A DNA stretch of 64,000 nucleotides from Thainema sp. (GCA_052168235.1 JBQLZK010000030.1:1-64000), one strand, 5' to 3'. Shown: positions 18,105 through 27,975, counted from the stretch's first letter. The notes: generated by a model not told the origin, from the letters alone. Numbers and translations: made by a program.

Positions 18105-21100
18105 TCACTCCCATTGCTTGCTGCGGGCTTGGTCGATGATTTGTTGGGCTTCTTCGGTGGTGTAGCTGTATCTGTCAGTGAGAAATTGTGCCAAATCTGG
18201 ATTGTCGCAGTCGCGATTAGGTTTGATGTTGATATTTGAAGGTAAACCTGTTCCGCAAAGATAAGGCTGATTTTCTCCAGTTAATTGCTTGGAGTTTAAA
18301 TTTTCACTTTCATGTAGGTTAGTTGCAATTAGCAACGCATAGCTGAAGTCGGCAGAGCTGAGGTCGGTATTGACAAGGATGGCATAGCTGAGGTCGGCAT
18401 TGCTGAGGTTGGCCTCGCGGAGGTCGGCATAGCTGAGGTCGGCAGAGCTGAAGTCGGCAGAGCTGAGGTTGGCCTCGCGGAGGATGGCCTCGCGGAGGTC
18501 GGCATAGCTGAGGTCGGCATCGAAGAGGTAGGCATCGAAGAGGATGGCCCCGCTGAGTTTGGCCCCGCTGAAGTCGGCAAAGCTGAGGTCAGCAGAGCTG
18601 AGGTAGGCCTCGCTGAGGATGGCCTCGCTGAGGTTGGCCTTGCCGAGGATGGCCTTGCTGAGGTGAGCCTCACTGAGGACGGCCTTGCTGAGGTCGGCAT
18701 CGAAGAGGTGAGCCTCAATGAGAACGGCATAGCTGAGGTCGGCATAGCTGAGTTTGGCATAGCTGAGTTTGGCATAGCTGAGGTCGGCATAGCTGAGTTT
18801 GGCATTGCTGAGGTCGGCATTGCTGAGGTCGGCCTTCGGAAGTGGCGCTCTAATCAAAGAACGGCAGTTTCCAAACAATCGCTCTGTAATATATCTATCT
18901 AACCAGGCCAATCCTTGACGAACTTTAACTTGTTTATCGCATCCTGAAACTCGCTCTATAACAGCTTTTCTTTCTGCCTGAGTGCCTTCTTGTTCTATGA
19001 TGCGATCATAGTCATTGCTAAGACTAATTTCGCGCAAACGATACTCAGCTATACAGCCAATAAGTAAGGCAGGAACAATGAGCCAACTCGCTGTTTTCAG
19101 CCGATTCCATCGCCGTTGCCATATACTCTTTTGAATAAAAGTCCTTGCTGGATCAGATAGCGGAAACCGCTCCGCCTGTTTCTTCTGAAACTGCTTCGCT
19201 TCAATCAACGGTAAACCCTGCAACAAATATCCTTTCGACCGTCCCTGTTCCTGCCACGCTACCGCACTGGCTTCGATCCGTCGCTGCTGTCGCAGCAAAT
19301 CTCGATTTTGTTCAATCCACTGTCGCAGCAGTTGCCAATGGCGAATCAACGCCTCATGTGCCACATCTACAATTGCCATCCGTTCAGCATCGTTGCCTTT
19401 ACTGACCACTTCACTCGTTACCAATAGCCGATTCTCTGGTGCGGCTAGCGTCGCGATCACCTGGTTTACCCGTGCCGCTGGATGCTGTGGTTCAGCAATC
19501 AGATTGTCGAGAAATACCCGTCGCCGCGTGTCTTCCGTGCCTTCGCCTAACTGGGTCAACTGCTGAAAGATATGCTGCACTGTGCGTTGTTCAGCAGCAT
19601 CAAAGCTGTTGTAAATTGTCGTGGCGCGTTTGTTCAGCGTGCCATCAATGCCGCCTAGCTTTTGATAGGCCGAGAACACTAGTTGATTATCCTGGCGCTG
19701 CTGCCAGAGTTCCTTCAGCGTGTATTGCAACAGCGGCAGATAACCGGGAGAGCCTTTGATATCGTTGAGCATCTGCGTCACCAGTGCCGCTTCCACCTGG
19801 AGGCCAACCTGTTCAGCGGGTTTGCAGATTGCCGCTTTTAGCTCCTCCGGGTTCATCGGCAACACGCTGATCATGTGCTGCTGTACCTGCTGCGCCAAAC
19901 CGCTGTAGTCTCGCTCCAGACACTTGCCGACAAAGTCCGATCGCATAGCCAGGATTAGACAGAGTTTGTTGTCTGTTTCCGATAATGCCCCCATCAGACA
20001 GGCAAAGAACTGCTCTCGTTCTGTAATATCTTCACAGCGCGTAAACACCTCCTCAAACTGATCGATGACTAGCACCACACGAGAAGAAGTGGCCGCTTCT
20101 ACTAAACGAATCAGCCCTATTGCACCATCGCTGAGATGCTTCAGTACATCAGCTCGCTCTAACTGGGAACCGTCTTTTGGTAAAAAAGCTGTAGCCAGAT
20201 TTTTCATAGGTTGAGCATCAGGCCGCATAATTAAAATTTGCCACTGGTCACTCCCAGGAAGCCGTCCTTCTTGAAGCTGATGTAATAGACCTGCCCGCAA
20301 AACAGAAGATTTTCCATTCCCTGAGGCTCCCACCAGCGCCATAAAATTTTCTGTACGTACATGATCGAGCAGTTGATCCGTCAACTTCTCCCGACCAAAG
20401 AAGTACTTTGGATCTTCGGTATTTAAATCAAAAAATTCCAAGCCTTTGTAAGGACAGATTCCCGCATCAATAGTTACTTTTGCCTCTGCCACCTTGACTT
20501 GCTCAGAGCGAGTTAGATTAATCGCTTGACCGAAGTAGTAGCAAACTGGTGATTGCAGTTCTCCCCTTATTGCTTCTTTGATGTGGTTGACCAACGTTTG
20601 GGTATCTATCCAGCTTTCTGGTGATCGTGTAGGATCTAGACCATCCAATAAAGCTTTGGTCAGTACACTATAGGGACTATTCAAGTCCTGCCAAGATGTT
20701 TCGTATTCGAGAGACGAGGCGATAAAACAACGGTTTCTACGAGAGTTTTGTCCAGGATTAGCAGCATCAATATCGATTAAGAGGCCACCGCTATGGCAGC
20801 AGTCCAACCAAATAATTTGATTTTCGATTGGGCTTCGAGACACCAAATTCCGTAACCAAGCAAGCGAGATTCCAGACCTTGATCGATTTGGATCAGTATC
20901 GCTGGTTGCTAGATAGCCTTTATCCAGTCCATAGCCTCCGTCAGGATCACGTAAACCATGTCCAGAGAAATAAAACAATGCTATATCTGGGCATTGAGGA
21001 CTGTCTGGATCAAAAAATAGCCGTAGTTGCTTCTCCAAATCTACTTGAGTGACAGATAGGGTTTTGCCAACAGTAGGTATCAGTTGATCATGCTGTTGAG

Positions 21101-21245
21101 TAATTGCTTCCGGCACACGAATCACCCCAAAATCGCCATCCTGCTCTAATCGATCTGCGATCGCATTTGCATCTGCTGCTGGAGCATTCAAACTGTGTAA
21201 GTGGGTATAAGTGTTGATGCCAACAACGAGTGCCTTACGATTCAT
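18105..21245 (-). CDS. Caspase-like protease - STAND (nSTAND1-type) NTPase - TM - pentapeptide repeat protein
   Basis: ALVVGIN, FYFSGHG and WLDCCHSG (His/Cys dyad); CPYKGL, FFGRE, GASGNGKS, VLVIDQFEE, LPLLQY, AHEAL; hydrophobic WLIVPALLIGCIA; A(D/N)LSx repeats. Confidence 0.88.
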   Translation of the reverse strand: MNRKALVVGINTYTHLHSLNAPAADANAIADRLEQDGDFGVIRVPEAITQQHDQLIPTVGKTLSVTQVDLEKQLRLFFDPDSPQCPDIALFYFSGHGLRDPDGGYGLDKGYLATSDTDPNRSRSGISLAWLRNLVSRSPIENQIIWLDCCHSGGLLIDIDAANPGQNSRRNRCFIASSLEYETSWQDLNSPYSVLTKALLDGLDPTRSPESWIDTQTLVNHIKEAIRGELQSPVCYYFGQAINLTRSEQVKVAEAKVTIDAGICPYKGLEFFDLNTEDPKYFFGREKLTDQLLDHVRTENFMALVGASGNGKSSVLRAGLLHQLQEGRLPGSDQWQILIMRPDAQPMKNLATAFLPKDGSQLERADVLKHLSDGAIGLIRLVEAATSSRVVLVIDQFEEVFTRCEDITEREQFFACLMGALSETDNKLCLILAMRSDFVGKCLERDYSGLAQQVQQHMISVLPMNPEELKAAICKPAEQVGLQVEAALVTQMLNDIKGSPGYLPLLQYTLKELWQQRQDNQLVFSAYQKLGGIDGTLNKRATTIYNSFDAAEQRTVQHIFQQLTQLGEGTEDTRRRVFLDNLIAEPQHPAARVNQVIATLAAPENRLLVTSEVVSKGNDAERMAIVDVAHEALIRHWQLLRQWIEQNRDLLRQQRRIEASAVAWQEQGRSKGYLLQGLPLIEAKQFQKKQAERFPLSDPARTFIQKSIWQRRWNRLKTASWLIVPALLIGCIAEYRLREISLSNDYDRIIEQEGTQAERKAVIERVSGCDKQVKVRQGLAWLDRYITERLFGNCRSLIRAPLPKADLSNADLSNAKLSYADLSYAKLSYAKLSYADLSYAVLIEAHLFDADLSKAVLSEAHLSKAILGKANLSEAILSEAYLSSADLSFADFSGAKLSGAILFDAYLFDADLSYADLREAILREANLSSADFSSADLSYADLREANLSNADLSYAILVNTDLSSADFSYALLIATNLHESENLNSKQLTGENQPYLCGTGLPSNINIKPNRDCDNPDLAQFLTDRYSYTTEEAQQIIDQARSKQWE
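18335..18835 (-). repeat. 15-bp tandem DNA repeats encoding the pentapeptide array
   Basis: About 30 GC-rich units of the form GCC(G/A)AC CTC AGC NNN. Confidence 0.85.
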
Positions 21246-21351
21246 GAGGATGAGTCAAACAGGTGAGGGTTCAGTAGCTACTATGGCCAGAGTCACCGCA
21301 TCTTGGCGACCCTGAGTAACTTTTATTAACGCTATCGCCAGAGCCGAACCA

Positions 21352-21753
21352 ATGAAGCACCTCACCCGCATCCAGCTTGACCCCGACACCGTTATTTATG
21401 TAGAAGCAGAGGAAGAAGTCGCTATTCCGCAACCACCCATCACATCAACATCGGGAGAAGCGACCCGCGAAACGCTGGGACTTGACGAAAAAGGTGTCGC
21501 AGAAGTGGCAGCGGAACAGGCCATGCAGCGGTTCTTAGCATTAGAAAACACCTTACAGACCTACACTAAACGCACCCTCAAGGCATTCAAAGAAATGAGT
21601 GACGCCAGCGTTGATAAGGTAACGCTAGAGTTTGGCATCAACATGGGCGGCGAGGCCGGAGTCCCCTATGTCACAAAGGGCACCGCTGAATGCAGCCTCA
21701 AAGTCACCGTTGAGAGTTCATTTTCCAAGTCATCCACTGAGTCTAAAGAGTAA
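21352..21753 (+). CDS. Trypco1/CU044_2847-like protein
   Basis: IQLDPDTVIYVE...VDKVTLEFGINMGGEAGVPYVTKGTAECSLKVTV. Confidence 0.7.
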   Translation: MKHLTRIQLDPDTVIYVEAEEEVAIPQPPITSTSGEATRETLGLDEKGVAEVAAEQAMQRFLALENTLQTYTKRTLKAFKEMSDASVDKVTLEFGINMGGEAGVPYVTKGTAECSLKVTVESSFSKSSTESKE

Positions 21754-21932
21754 TCGAGGTTTGGGATCTTCAAGCTGTAATCGTAACTAGAACGTTGTGT
21801 AGCTCGATTTAGAATATGCAATCGTACTTTTAACCAGCTCTTTCACCTCTGAGATCGCAACTAAAGCATCTTGCATTTGAGATATCTGGTGAAAAAAGTG
21901 AATAGTTCGTTTTTGAGTTTTCTTCAAATTTT

Positions 21933-22163
21933 TCAAAATTCTCCAGAGTATCCATCCAAGGTTGTCTGTCGTATTTTTTGCAACTGAAATATAATCTGTC
22001 GCATCTGTCGAATCTCGGCAGAGTGCCAGCCCGTTTTCAACGCATTCTGGCTGCTAACTGCTTTACCGTCACTCGTTGTCGGGCCTGTGGAGGCTTTCCA
22101 CGGTTTCCATGTCTGAATCAGTTCTCGTTGCCGCTGTTTTGCTTCTGGTGTCCATCGGGGCAT
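21933..22163 (-). CDS. Small basic protein with an STGP motif (HGGxSTG-like)
   Basis: WTPEAKQRQRELIQTWKPWKASTGPTTSDGKAVSSQNALKTG. Confidence 0.6.
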   Translation of the reverse strand: MPRWTPEAKQRQRELIQTWKPWKASTGPTTSDGKAVSSQNALKTGWHSAEIRQMRQIIFQLQKIRQTTLDGYSGEF

Positions 22164-22713
22164 AAGGTGAAGCCTCCATTGCTTGAGTATTGAAAGATTG
22201 GGAAGTTTCTTGGGCATTGCCAAAATCTGGCTCAGTCATCGGTGGCTGTGACTGTTCGACCTTAAGCTGATTCAATTGCTTGTCCACATAATTTTTGATG
22301 AGCTGGGTGGGTTTTTTAGGATTTTTGATTTCTGACAGTGATACCAACGTTTTACGGCATTGTTCCTGTGCTCGTAATCCAAGGGAAATGTAGCGATCGC
22401 ATTGTTCTGGGTTTGTCATCATGTATCCTGCCAACGTAAACATACGATGGAACAATGCCTGTAAAACCTCTGCTTGGCTCAAGAGAATACGCTCAGCTTC
22501 CTGTAAGTCCCCTTTTTGAAGCTGGGTCGCATTATCTGTCAAGGTTGGTATCAAAGCAGTTGCCTTCTCAATGGAATACCCTCGCTTAGAGTAGAGAATC
22601 CATGCAATCGTTTGAGCGGCTGCCAATTCTGGGTGTTCTATCGATAGCTTGTACAAATCAATAAGGTGAGATTTTTCAGTCTTGGAAGTTTTTGGACTTT
22701 TTTTAGGTGCCAT
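22069..22713 (-). CDS. Hypothetical protein of the element backbone
   Basis: ATG 22713 directly after the primase stop; ERILLSQAEVLQALF...LRAQEQCRKTL..IKNP. Confidence 0.65.
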   Translation of the reverse strand: MAPKKSPKTSKTEKSHLIDLYKLSIEHPELAAAQTIAWILYSKRGYSIEKATALIPTLTDNATQLQKGDLQEAERILLSQAEVLQALFHRMFTLAGYMMTNPEQCDRYISLGLRAQEQCRKTLVSLSEIKNPKKPTQLIKNYVDKQLNQLKVEQSQPPMTEPDFGNAQETSQSFNTQAMEASPYAPMDTRSKTAATRTDSDMETVESLHRPDNE

Positions 22714-22717
22714 ATTT

Positions 22718-25354
22718 TTAATCTGATTGAGATTGACGATTACTGATTGGTCGAATTTTGCAAGCGTCTGGAATCCATGTTTTTGATCCGTCCTCAAACT
22801 CTACTTGCCACATTGAAAGGCGCTTCCGGGGATCTGGATCGTCATTGGGCAGAGTGGTAAAAGTCGCAAGCTTCCAGCAGTCATCATGTAACACTTCACC
22901 GCGATCGCCAACTTGGATATTGGCGTGATAGACCGATGAGACAGTTGGAGACGGTTGAGAGACAGTTTGAGAGACAATTGAATCCCTTGCTAGATAAGGC
23001 TTAGGGACAGTTGGAGACACTTGAAGCCATAACTCTTCTTGTATGGGCGTTTTGTCTGATTGATCTTGATCCTCTTCAATGTTTATTGAAGTTTTAGAGT
23101 CTAACTGTCTACAACTGTCCCTATCGATTGCTGTGTCTGGGTTTGAACTGTCTCGAAAACTGTCCCTAGACTGTCCCTCAACTATCCCTAAATGATCGGC
23201 AACGTCAAACTCTGACATTTTGGGAATGGTGTAGTAATAACAGCCGTTGAGTTTGCCTGATGAGCGTTCACAGCCGAGAGATTTGATCGCAGCGCTGAAC
23301 TTGACGTTGCTTTTTTTCTTCTCAATGCCGTTTTCCACGCACCATGCAATATACTGCTTGTACAAATCACCTGCTTTGATGCTGACAGCTCCATTCGGAA
23401 ATCCTTCGCATAAGAACCGAAATTCAGGATTATCGGCTTCAAAGCGTTCCATATTTGACTGTGCGATCGCTTGAATTTTGCCCGCATTCATAATGCGCTG
23501 ACGCATCACGCCATGACTCAGGCGATAACACCACATGAAAATACCAGGTAGCTCAGCTTCTAGCTTCTTGGATAAATCGTTGTCCACTTTTTCAGGACGA
23601 TGACGAAATGGAATTACCGTTAACCGTCGATCCAAGCCCTCAGAGCCATCTGGCACAGCGACATGCTCGTTATACGCTCGAATGATCGTGATTCCCAATC
23701 GAACTGAGCACGTGTCCTTGTATAGCTTTTTGACAACAACGGGTTCATTGCTAACGACACGGTTGAAGTCACCCACATTGCTCAGATAACCCATCGCATC
23801 GTAATCAATGGCAATGAGCTTATCGACCATCATGGCTAATCCCTGAGCAGATTTGAAGGAATCAACTTTTATGCCAGCAATATTCTCCTCACCAGCCAAT
23901 TTGGAGAGTACGTCCAGGGTTGTCCCTTTACCTGTTCCCTTTTTGCCATGTAAATCAAACGACTTCTCAATTTCAGCCTTTTGATTTTTAGGACGGGGCA
24001 ACAGTGCATAACGAAACATCGCCTGAACGAGATTGACTCGTTCGATATCTTCCTCCATCGCTTCACGGATGAACGTGAGCCAAGTGGGACAGTCTGCCTC
24101 TCGATCAAAGGCATAGGGTCGAACTTGAACTAGCCGATCTAGTGGATTATGCTTGGCAACAAATACCTCAGTTTTGAGATTGAGTGTCCCATTCGTAAAG
24201 CCAATTTTCTCTGATGAACCCCAGCATTTTTCTTTAACCAACAGCCGAGATTTCAATTCGCTAGAAATCGATTTGATATGCCCAATACTACGGTTGTCCC
24301 ATTGCTGAGCATCCATAAATCGCATTAGTTCAGCATTAAATTCATCTTCAGCAACAAGCGACCAATGTGTTCCTTGCCATTGATACCAACCTAAACCGGG
24401 ACGATAGGCCCATACTTCTTTGAGTACCGACCAAGCCATCAATGCCTTGTATCGGATGCTGGGTTCTTTCAGATTGAGGACAACCGAAACTGCTTCATCA
24501 TCTCCATCACCTTCAATTTCAGCCTTGAAAGAGGTTGGCTTGGCAGCCTCAGCAAGGGCTTTCAGTGCTTCTACACCATGCCTGACGATGAAATCATCCA
24601 GCCCATTTTTGTCACCGTCAGTTTCATTTGGCAGCAAGACTAGATAGGGCGATGCCCCTAGCTTGGTCAGTTCGTAAGCACGTTTGGCCAATGCCGTCTG
24701 AACACCAATCTTTTCAATGATGTCGGAATCAAAGCATTGATTCACTCGTCTATTTCGCCAGTTGATAACATCCAATTCAGGCAGAACGCGAGATTTTTCT
24801 AATTTCTCACCTGAGCTGCGATCGCAACTATCAACCCAGCTATCTACGCCACCAAAAGCAAGGACAGCTAAACCCCTAGCGCAACCACAATCTCCTTTCT
24901 TTTCGCCTTCAGTTTCCCAAAGGTCGATCTTGGTTGATTTGATTGTAGTTTCCCAATTGGGATAAAGCTTGGAAAAGTAAGGACGACAGCCTTGACCTTT
25001 TGGGCTGAGATATTTAGGCTTGTCAGTTGGATCATCCCAATCTGGTTTGATCCGATAAAAGGGCTGATCGTCTGATCTCAGATATGGTTTACCTTCCGGA
25101 TCACAGTATTGAAAAACTAGGCCACCTAGAGAAACACCTAGTAATGACTCGGCAGTTTCCGGATCAGCGTAGAAATGACCTGTTTGCTTGATTTGGTCAT
25201 CTGTCAAACCGCTTGCTCGTAAATCTTTGAGATGAGCACTCCTTAATTTTTTAGGCGTTCTTTCAGTAGAATGGTTACAAGAAATATCAACGTCAATGTC
25301 AGGGCGATCGCAGTGATTCATATTGCGATCGTTCGCAGTATTTTCATCCATCAA
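22718..25354 (-). CDS. Primase-helicase (DUF3854/Toprim-like plus D5/P4-type SF3 helicase)
   Basis: KYLSP, TEGEKK, FDSD and GLDD Toprim-like motifs; IGFTNGTLNL; GKKGTGKGT Walker A; DRRLTVIPF. Confidence 0.88.
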   Translation of the reverse strand: MMDENTANDRNMNHCDRPDIDVDISCNHSTERTPKKLRSAHLKDLRASGLTDDQIKQTGHFYADPETAESLLGVSLGGLVFQYCDPEGKPYLRSDDQPFYRIKPDWDDPTDKPKYLSPKGQGCRPYFSKLYPNWETTIKSTKIDLWETEGEKKGDCGCARGLAVLAFGGVDSWVDSCDRSSGEKLEKSRVLPELDVINWRNRRVNQCFDSDIIEKIGVQTALAKRAYELTKLGASPYLVLLPNETDGDKNGLDDFIVRHGVEALKALAEAAKPTSFKAEIEGDGDDEAVSVVLNLKEPSIRYKALMAWSVLKEVWAYRPGLGWYQWQGTHWSLVAEDEFNAELMRFMDAQQWDNRSIGHIKSISSELKSRLLVKEKCWGSSEKIGFTNGTLNLKTEVFVAKHNPLDRLVQVRPYAFDREADCPTWLTFIREAMEEDIERVNLVQAMFRYALLPRPKNQKAEIEKSFDLHGKKGTGKGTTLDVLSKLAGEENIAGIKVDSFKSAQGLAMMVDKLIAIDYDAMGYLSNVGDFNRVVSNEPVVVKKLYKDTCSVRLGITIIRAYNEHVAVPDGSEGLDRRLTVIPFRHRPEKVDNDLSKKLEAELPGIFMWCYRLSHGVMRQRIMNAGKIQAIAQSNMERFEADNPEFRFLCEGFPNGAVSIKAGDLYKQYIAWCVENGIEKKKSNVKFSAAIKSLGCERSSGKLNGCYYYTIPKMSEFDVADHLGIVEGQSRDSFRDSSNPDTAIDRDSCRQLDSKTSINIEEDQDQSDKTPIQEELWLQVSPTVPKPYLARDSIVSQTVSQPSPTVSSVYHANIQVGDRGEVLHDDCWKLATFTTLPNDDPDPRKRLSMWQVEFEDGSKTWIPDACKIRPISNRQSQSD
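22938..23188. repeat. Mirror-symmetric array of 12 iteron-like 9-mers (putative origin)
   Basis: G(A/G)GACAGTT-like at 22938, 22948, 22959, 22971, 23004, 23014; inverted copies at 23103, 23113, 23146, 23158, 23169, 23180. Confidence 0.75.
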
Positions 25355-25620
25355 CCAGCCCTCCGACCTCGTTTCTTCGGTTGGTTAGAGGGCAGAGATG
25401 CTAGATAATGATCAATTGCGCGTTGATGAGCATCTGGATTAGCTCGATTCGCAACCCAATCCAGAATGAGCGATAGATTGTATAAAATGCATCGAGAATT
25501 GATCCGTTGCCAGTGAATACCTTCATGCCATTTGCCTGAAAGACGGTATTTTTTGAATGTTTCAGGGGATAACCCTGTTAGTTCTGCTAGGCGATGTTTA
25601 TTACAAAATTGGGTGTTCAT
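25351..25620 (-). CDS. Excisionase-like small HTH protein
   Basis: KHRLAELTGLSPETFKKYR..WHEGIHW...YNL; lies between integrase and primase and overlaps the primase start. Confidence 0.7.
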   Translation of the reverse strand: MNTQFCNKHRLAELTGLSPETFKKYRLSGKWHEGIHWQRINSRCILYNLSLILDWVANRANPDAHQRAIDHYLASLPSNQPKKRGRRAG

Positions 25621-25769
25621 GGGGTAGTTTGAACGATTACCCCATCATCGAAATCCATGCCACCCTAACTTACAAGAATGTCCTAATGCAAAGAAATATT
25701 AAGGGCTAGCTCAGGGACATGCTGTAACTACCAAACTGGTTTTCCCTAGATATGTTTAAGAAATAGATG

Positions 25770-26693
25770 CTAAATGTTCCAGTACGATGAATCTTTGATG
25801 TATTTGCCTTTCTCCCAAATATGTGAAGGAGTCCTATATTTACCCCTCAAATCAGGTGAACACTCTCGCTGAATCTGCAACTTGGAAAGTTCATCTATTC
25901 CTTTCCTATAATTTTCTATATACCGCTTTATTGATGCGTTTTTCTCGCTTAGGAAGTCTGCAACAATTAATACGCGATTTAGCCAAGTCGCAAAAGGTCG
26001 ATTTCCGTCAATGAGGCTATAAAGCCTATTTATATCAGCATCCGAAGCTTTTGAACGATGATCTCTTCTTTTGAGTATTGCCATTTCTTTAATGTGAGAA
26101 GCCGTGTATATATAGCGCCTTTGCAAACAAGCACAAAATTCATCCTCAATATCTTCTCTCATGATTTCCACAAAAAGAGAGCGTATAGAATCGAAGGGAA
26201 ATCCCCAGTTGTTTTCGAGGTTTTTTATAATATTTAACTCACCTACTTTGATGAGATTCCAAAGACTCTTAAATACTTTTGTTACTGCTAGCTTATAGTC
26301 ATACGAAAACTGATCGATGTTCCCCTTTTCTAGCTCGCTGTTTAACCAAGGCGAATCACTGTCTGCCCAGAAGCAGAGTGCTAGTTCTACCGCACTATCT
26401 CTGTAAGCAATCCAGTGCCAAACCTGATCAAAGCTTGTGAAATTGATGAAGAGATCTGTATTCGGTAAGTTAGAGATACGGTTGGCTATCCATTCCTCAT
26501 CCGTCTCTGGAGAGAACGTTCTTCCGACAGGAATACAATCAGGTGAGAAGAACCACGATACACGTTTGCCGTCCTTCGCCAATTGATGGCAAGCTACAGA
26601 ACAATGTCTTCCCTCAAGAACTCGATCCGGCTCGCCAACAAGCGCTAATTCGGCAAACTGTAATTTGCCTGCAAAAAACTGATTGAGGCTCAT
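25770..26693 (-). CDS. Hypothetical protein
   Basis: 307-aa AT-rich ORF downstream of the integrase; no motif recognised. Confidence 0.6.
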   Translation of the reverse strand: MSLNQFFAGKLQFAELALVGEPDRVLEGRHCSVACHQLAKDGKRVSWFFSPDCIPVGRTFSPETDEEWIANRISNLPNTDLFINFTSFDQVWHWIAYRDSAVELALCFWADSDSPWLNSELEKGNIDQFSYDYKLAVTKVFKSLWNLIKVGELNIIKNLENNWGFPFDSIRSLFVEIMREDIEDEFCACLQRRYIYTASHIKEMAILKRRDHRSKASDADINRLYSLIDGNRPFATWLNRVLIVADFLSEKNASIKRYIENYRKGIDELSKLQIQRECSPDLRGKYRTPSHIWEKGKYIKDSSYWNI

Positions 26694-26751
26694 AACTTAG
26701 GAAAGTAAGCATGTACTCTTCTAAGTTACCTAAACTTCCCTAAAAAGATGC

Positions 26752-27975
26752 CTAAATCTCCGTAGGTCTTAATTGCTCAAGTCTAAGCTTATCTAGATAT
26801 TTTTCCTCGATTACCTTGCTTGAGTTGCCTACCCATCGAGCGATAGTAGTCGAGGAGTTACCAGGTCGTCCGTCAACAGGCATGGCTTGTAAGGTAATGA
26901 ACGTATCACGACAGTTGTAGGGAGTCATTTTCACTCCGTCCTTCGTATCTAGCCCTAAACCCGTGAGAATCGTTTTCCACGCGCGATCGCTAAAGTTAGA
27001 CTCGCCGATCGCACCTCCTTTCGGAGAAGGAAATACCAAATCCTCTGGATTGGGAGACTCAGGTTTAATCGATTGTAGTAGTGCTTGCAATTTGGGAGTA
27101 CACGCAAACCAGCGTCTTACACCTGTTTTCGTGGTTTTCCGTCTAACTAACCTACCTGATACCTCAACGATACTTTCGTGAAAGTGGACTCTACTGCAAT
27201 CAGGAGTAACGCTTCCCCACCGTAAACCGATCGCTTCACAGGGTCTACAGCCAGTCCAAAAGAGGAATTTGACAAATGGTGAATAGAACCGATAATTCAT
27301 CCCTGGTCTGACATCATTTTCAAACGCTTCGATGATCCGATCTCGCTCTTCAACCGAGAAGGACATTGGAGGAGCAGGTTTAGTGGGTTCCAGTTCCTTA
27401 TACATTCCCTCGAACGGGTTCGCCTCAATCATCCCGTGCTTAACTGCCCAGTTGCAGCAAGCAGATAACTGCATCAAAGCCCGTCGAGCTTGAGACTGAG
27501 TTGTAACTTGTAATAGTTCCATACGGAATTTCAAAGCGTCTTGCAACCCATCTGTTGAACACTTCTCTAGATAGCTTGTTACTGGCTGATAAGTTCCATT
27601 AATCGTTTTTGGAGAAACATGCGGGCTTTTGTAATCAAAATACTCTGCCCATAACGCCTTAAGTTTTGGGATAGGTTTCGGTGCGATGTCTGGGTCAGCT
27701 ACCGACAAAGATGTTTCTGGTTTGTATTTAGCAAGGGTTGGGTCGAAGTAGTCTCCACCGTGAGCTAGTTGTAAACGCATATCGTCTTCAATCTGCCTAG
27801 CTCGTGCTTCTGCGGCTCTCCGATTTGCTTTGGTATCCGGTAAGCCTAATCCGAGAGAGTAGCGTTGCCCATTGAATCGAAAGCGCAACCGCAACCGCCC
27901 CCGAAAGGTTTCTATGCTTACAGTGCCCTTTGGATTCTTGCCTGATGGGGTTTTATCGCTATCACTGTTAAACAT
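26752..27975 (-). CDS. Tyrosine recombinase/integrase with N-terminal arm-binding domain
   Basis: GRLRLRFRFNGQRYSLGLGL arm domain; TGCRPCEA, TKT, YNCRDTF, WVGNS, terminal Tyr; likely start ATG 27975. Confidence 0.92.
   Translation of the reverse strand: MFNSDSDKTPSGKNPKGTVSIETFRGRLRLRFRFNGQRYSLGLGLPDTKANRRAAEARARQIEDDMRLQLAHGGDYFDPTLAKYKPETSLSVADPDIAPKPIPKLKALWAEYFDYKSPHVSPKTINGTYQPVTSYLEKCSTDGLQDALKFRMELLQVTTQSQARRALMQLSACCNWAVKHGMIEANPFEGMYKELEPTKPAPPMSFSVEERDRIIEAFENDVRPGMNYRFYSPFVKFLFWTGCRPCEAIGLRWGSVTPDCSRVHFHESIVEVSGRLVRRKTTKTGVRRWFACTPKLQALLQSIKPESPNPEDLVFPSPKGGAIGESNFSDRAWKTILTGLGLDTKDGVKMTPYNCRDTFITLQAMPVDGRPGNSSTTIARWVGNSSKVIEEKYLDKLRLEQLRPTEI

Noticed and set aside
18335..18835. 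CRISPR array
   Set aside because: Contiguous 15-bp coding repeats with no unique spacers; no CRISPR array or cas gene is visible anywhere in the window.
18329..18902. ORFs 18329-18820 (MPTSA repeats) and 18663-18902
   Set aside because: Alternative-frame and antisense shadows of the 15-bp pentapeptide repeats.
22718..27975. Prophage or conjugative ICE
   Set aside because: No recognisable capsid, portal, terminase large subunit, tail, lysis, relaxase or T4SS genes between the att sites.
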